A stretch of 56,064 nt of DNA, filler included, from Platydemus manokwari (taxonomy: Eukaryota), in the NCBI GenBank assembly GCA_037951405.1. It is 5 parts of 5 records of this genome, joined end to end, with 100 filler letters (N's around TTAATTAATTAA, not from the genome) between each part and the next. Parts side by side here need not be neighbours in the genome. Positions count along the whole stretch, not along the records: positions 46,646 to 56,064 come from JBBMOY011251985.1; 4 more parts are not named here. One strand, written 5' to 3'. The position numbers and the translations under genes were made by a program. Positions 54,401 to 56,064 of the stretch are shown in pieces (position 1 is the first letter of the stretch; every line of letters begins with the position of its first letter). The notes beneath the pieces were generated by a model. The model saw only the letters and a program-made list of their open reading frames with translations. It ran no database searches and was not told where the DNA came from.

Positions 54401-55315
54401 AAATGTTATGGTGATTAACCTTTGCCAAAAATTCAACGATATTAAAAGATTCGTTTGGACTGTTGATTATTTAGCTAAATTCTACCTATATTGATCACTT
54501 TTATTTCCAACAATTCTTTAGGACACTGCACAGTTATCAAATTGTTTTAGTTATTTCCTAGTAGCCACGCAAATTTTTATAATGAAGTAAATGCTTTTTT
54601 AATGTTAAAGTCCTTAGATAAAATCTTCTTATTCAAGTTTGACATACAATAAAGATGCCTTCTCTATTATATTCATTTAAAAATGAAAGAATGTGGATAA
54701 AATATTTATATTTAATTTTAAAAAGTACTGTTTCCAGTCTTCGTTTTCAATTCTAAATTCTTAGTTTCCACAAATTACTTTGATTTTCAAAATTTTTTAT
54801 ACTTTGAATTTTTTCAAAACTCGTGTAATCAAGACAAGATAAATGAATCATTATAGTATGAATTTGTTTGTTTGTTTTCACGTTAATTAATTAATGTAAT
54901 AGCTTCTTGATCAATAACTACTTAGTAATAAAACCTCTCATTCTGTTGATTTGATTAAATCATAATTAATGAGACGATAATGTTATAATAAATAAAGTTT
55001 TTGATATCAAATATCGTCTTACTAATATTTATATAAGAAGTTATCATATGACGTATTTTTCCAGTTTTTAATAATCTTTTCTAAAATTGTGCTGATTTTA
55101 ACGAAAAATAAATGAGAAAAAACTCAAAAGTTAATAAATGGATAATTTTCAAAAACTTGATAATTTTACCATAATTTTCTTTCAGAGATAATCCATCAGA
55201 AAGATTGGGTTACGGCAAGAAAGGAGTTGTTGAAGTTCAAAAACATGTTTGGTTCGAAGGATTCAATTGGAATGGATTGATTTCAAAGACAATTCAGCCA
55301 CCAATTATTCCAAAA
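48472..55315 (+). CDS. PRKG1: cGMP-dependent protein kinase, three kinase-domain exons (48472-48635, 48790-48912, 55186-55315); partial
   Basis: [54 protein letters not shown]|[27 protein letters not shown]|[25 protein letters not shown]. Splice phases are consistent. Confidence 0.93.
49480..50330 (+). mobile_element. Merlin/IS1016-like transposase relic in PKG intron
   Basis: Degenerate [21 protein letters not shown] (cf. LGG..KIVEIDE), HIHPHTTI and HNH..GLANPIT in Merlin order. Homologous to 14040-14400. Confidence 0.5.
51682..53170 (-). mobile_element. Ty3/Gypsy pol relic (RT, RNase H) with polypurine tract, in PKG intron
   Basis: [30 protein letters not shown]; [13 protein letters not shown]; [21 protein letters not shown]. 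On the minus strand the PPT gggcgggggagtca is followed by TGTAA at 51681. Confidence 0.88.
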
Positions 55316-55559
55316 GTAATATTTTTAGTGAAATATAATACTAGTATTTGCTTTTATATATTTCCTAATTATACCAATTATTATGCTCATTGGAATGCTA
55401 AGCACTCAGTTAGAAAATTAGTCTCAAAGACTCATAAAACTCAGAAATATATACTGTTTTATTGTTATAGAGCAGAATATAAATATAATATAAATTAACT
55501 TGGTTTAATTAATTATTTGTTAAGTAGTCTAACTTTTTAATTTCATTTGAAACTTTGAC

Positions 55560-55930
55560 AACATTCATTCAATTATAATAAAATATTGTTTGGGCAACTT
55601 CTTAACTTTTTAAAACACTTTGAATCGAAAATTCTTTCAACACAACCATTAAGCTTAGAATTTTCACTTCATGTATTATGATATCAAATAATTTCACCTA
55701 GTGACTCATCTATTGCAGGCAAATCAAAACTTCCCATATGAATCCCTATTTCAAATAACTTATTTCTTTCGATAGCTTCTCGAATTTGCAAAAATGCATT
55801 TCGTGAAATAGCAGTCATCATAATTTAGCTCTATTTTCTCTATTTTCTCATCAAATCTATTATTGCATCAGCAACGAATACTCTTTACTTTTAAAAGATT
55901 TTCATTCGTATGAAAACATAGTAGGCATTA
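55560..55930 (-). mobile_element. Merlin/IS1016-like transposase relic
   Basis: FLQIREAI...MGSFDLPAIDES...LNGCVERIFDSKCF matches Merlin ..LRE.C, GG...VEIDES and VFG.VER....KCF. Confidence 0.55.
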
Positions 55931-56064
55931 ATATTTCTAATTGTATTGTTTAAATATGTTAAAAAGATTTAATATTTTTTCATTAATATTGACATAGTTT
56001 ATTAATATAGTTATATGTTTATGTTAAATATGTTTATTAAATAAATAGATCTGGTATAGGCTAT

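Overview
Very AT-rich animal (metazoan) genomic DNA with mostly 40-60 nt GT-AG introns; the taxon cannot be fixed from sequence alone. The window is five contigs joined by artificial 100-nt linkers (44 N + TTAATTAATTAA + 44 N): 1-8931, 9032-19797, 19898-37324, 37425-46545 and 46646-56064. Host genes are the last exon of rabenosyn-5, RAB5IF/C20orf24, the 3' half of KSR, a full dynactin p150Glued (DCTN1) and three kinase-domain exons of cGMP-dependent protein kinase. Between them lie decayed mobile elements: RLE-type non-LTR, Ty3/Gypsy, hAT, Merlin-like, piggyBac-like and a TA-flanked MITE. Two elements stand out. (1) A CRESS-DNA-virus-type Rep (HUH endonuclease + SF3 helicase) at 17844-18693 is split by three host-sized spliceosomal introns and followed by a compact orphan transcription unit. 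(2) A gene at 42692-44666 is built from a 234-nt (78-aa) periodic array of helix-turn-helix modules with variable recognition helices and no transposase domain. All calls come from manual translation and motif recognition; no database searches were run.
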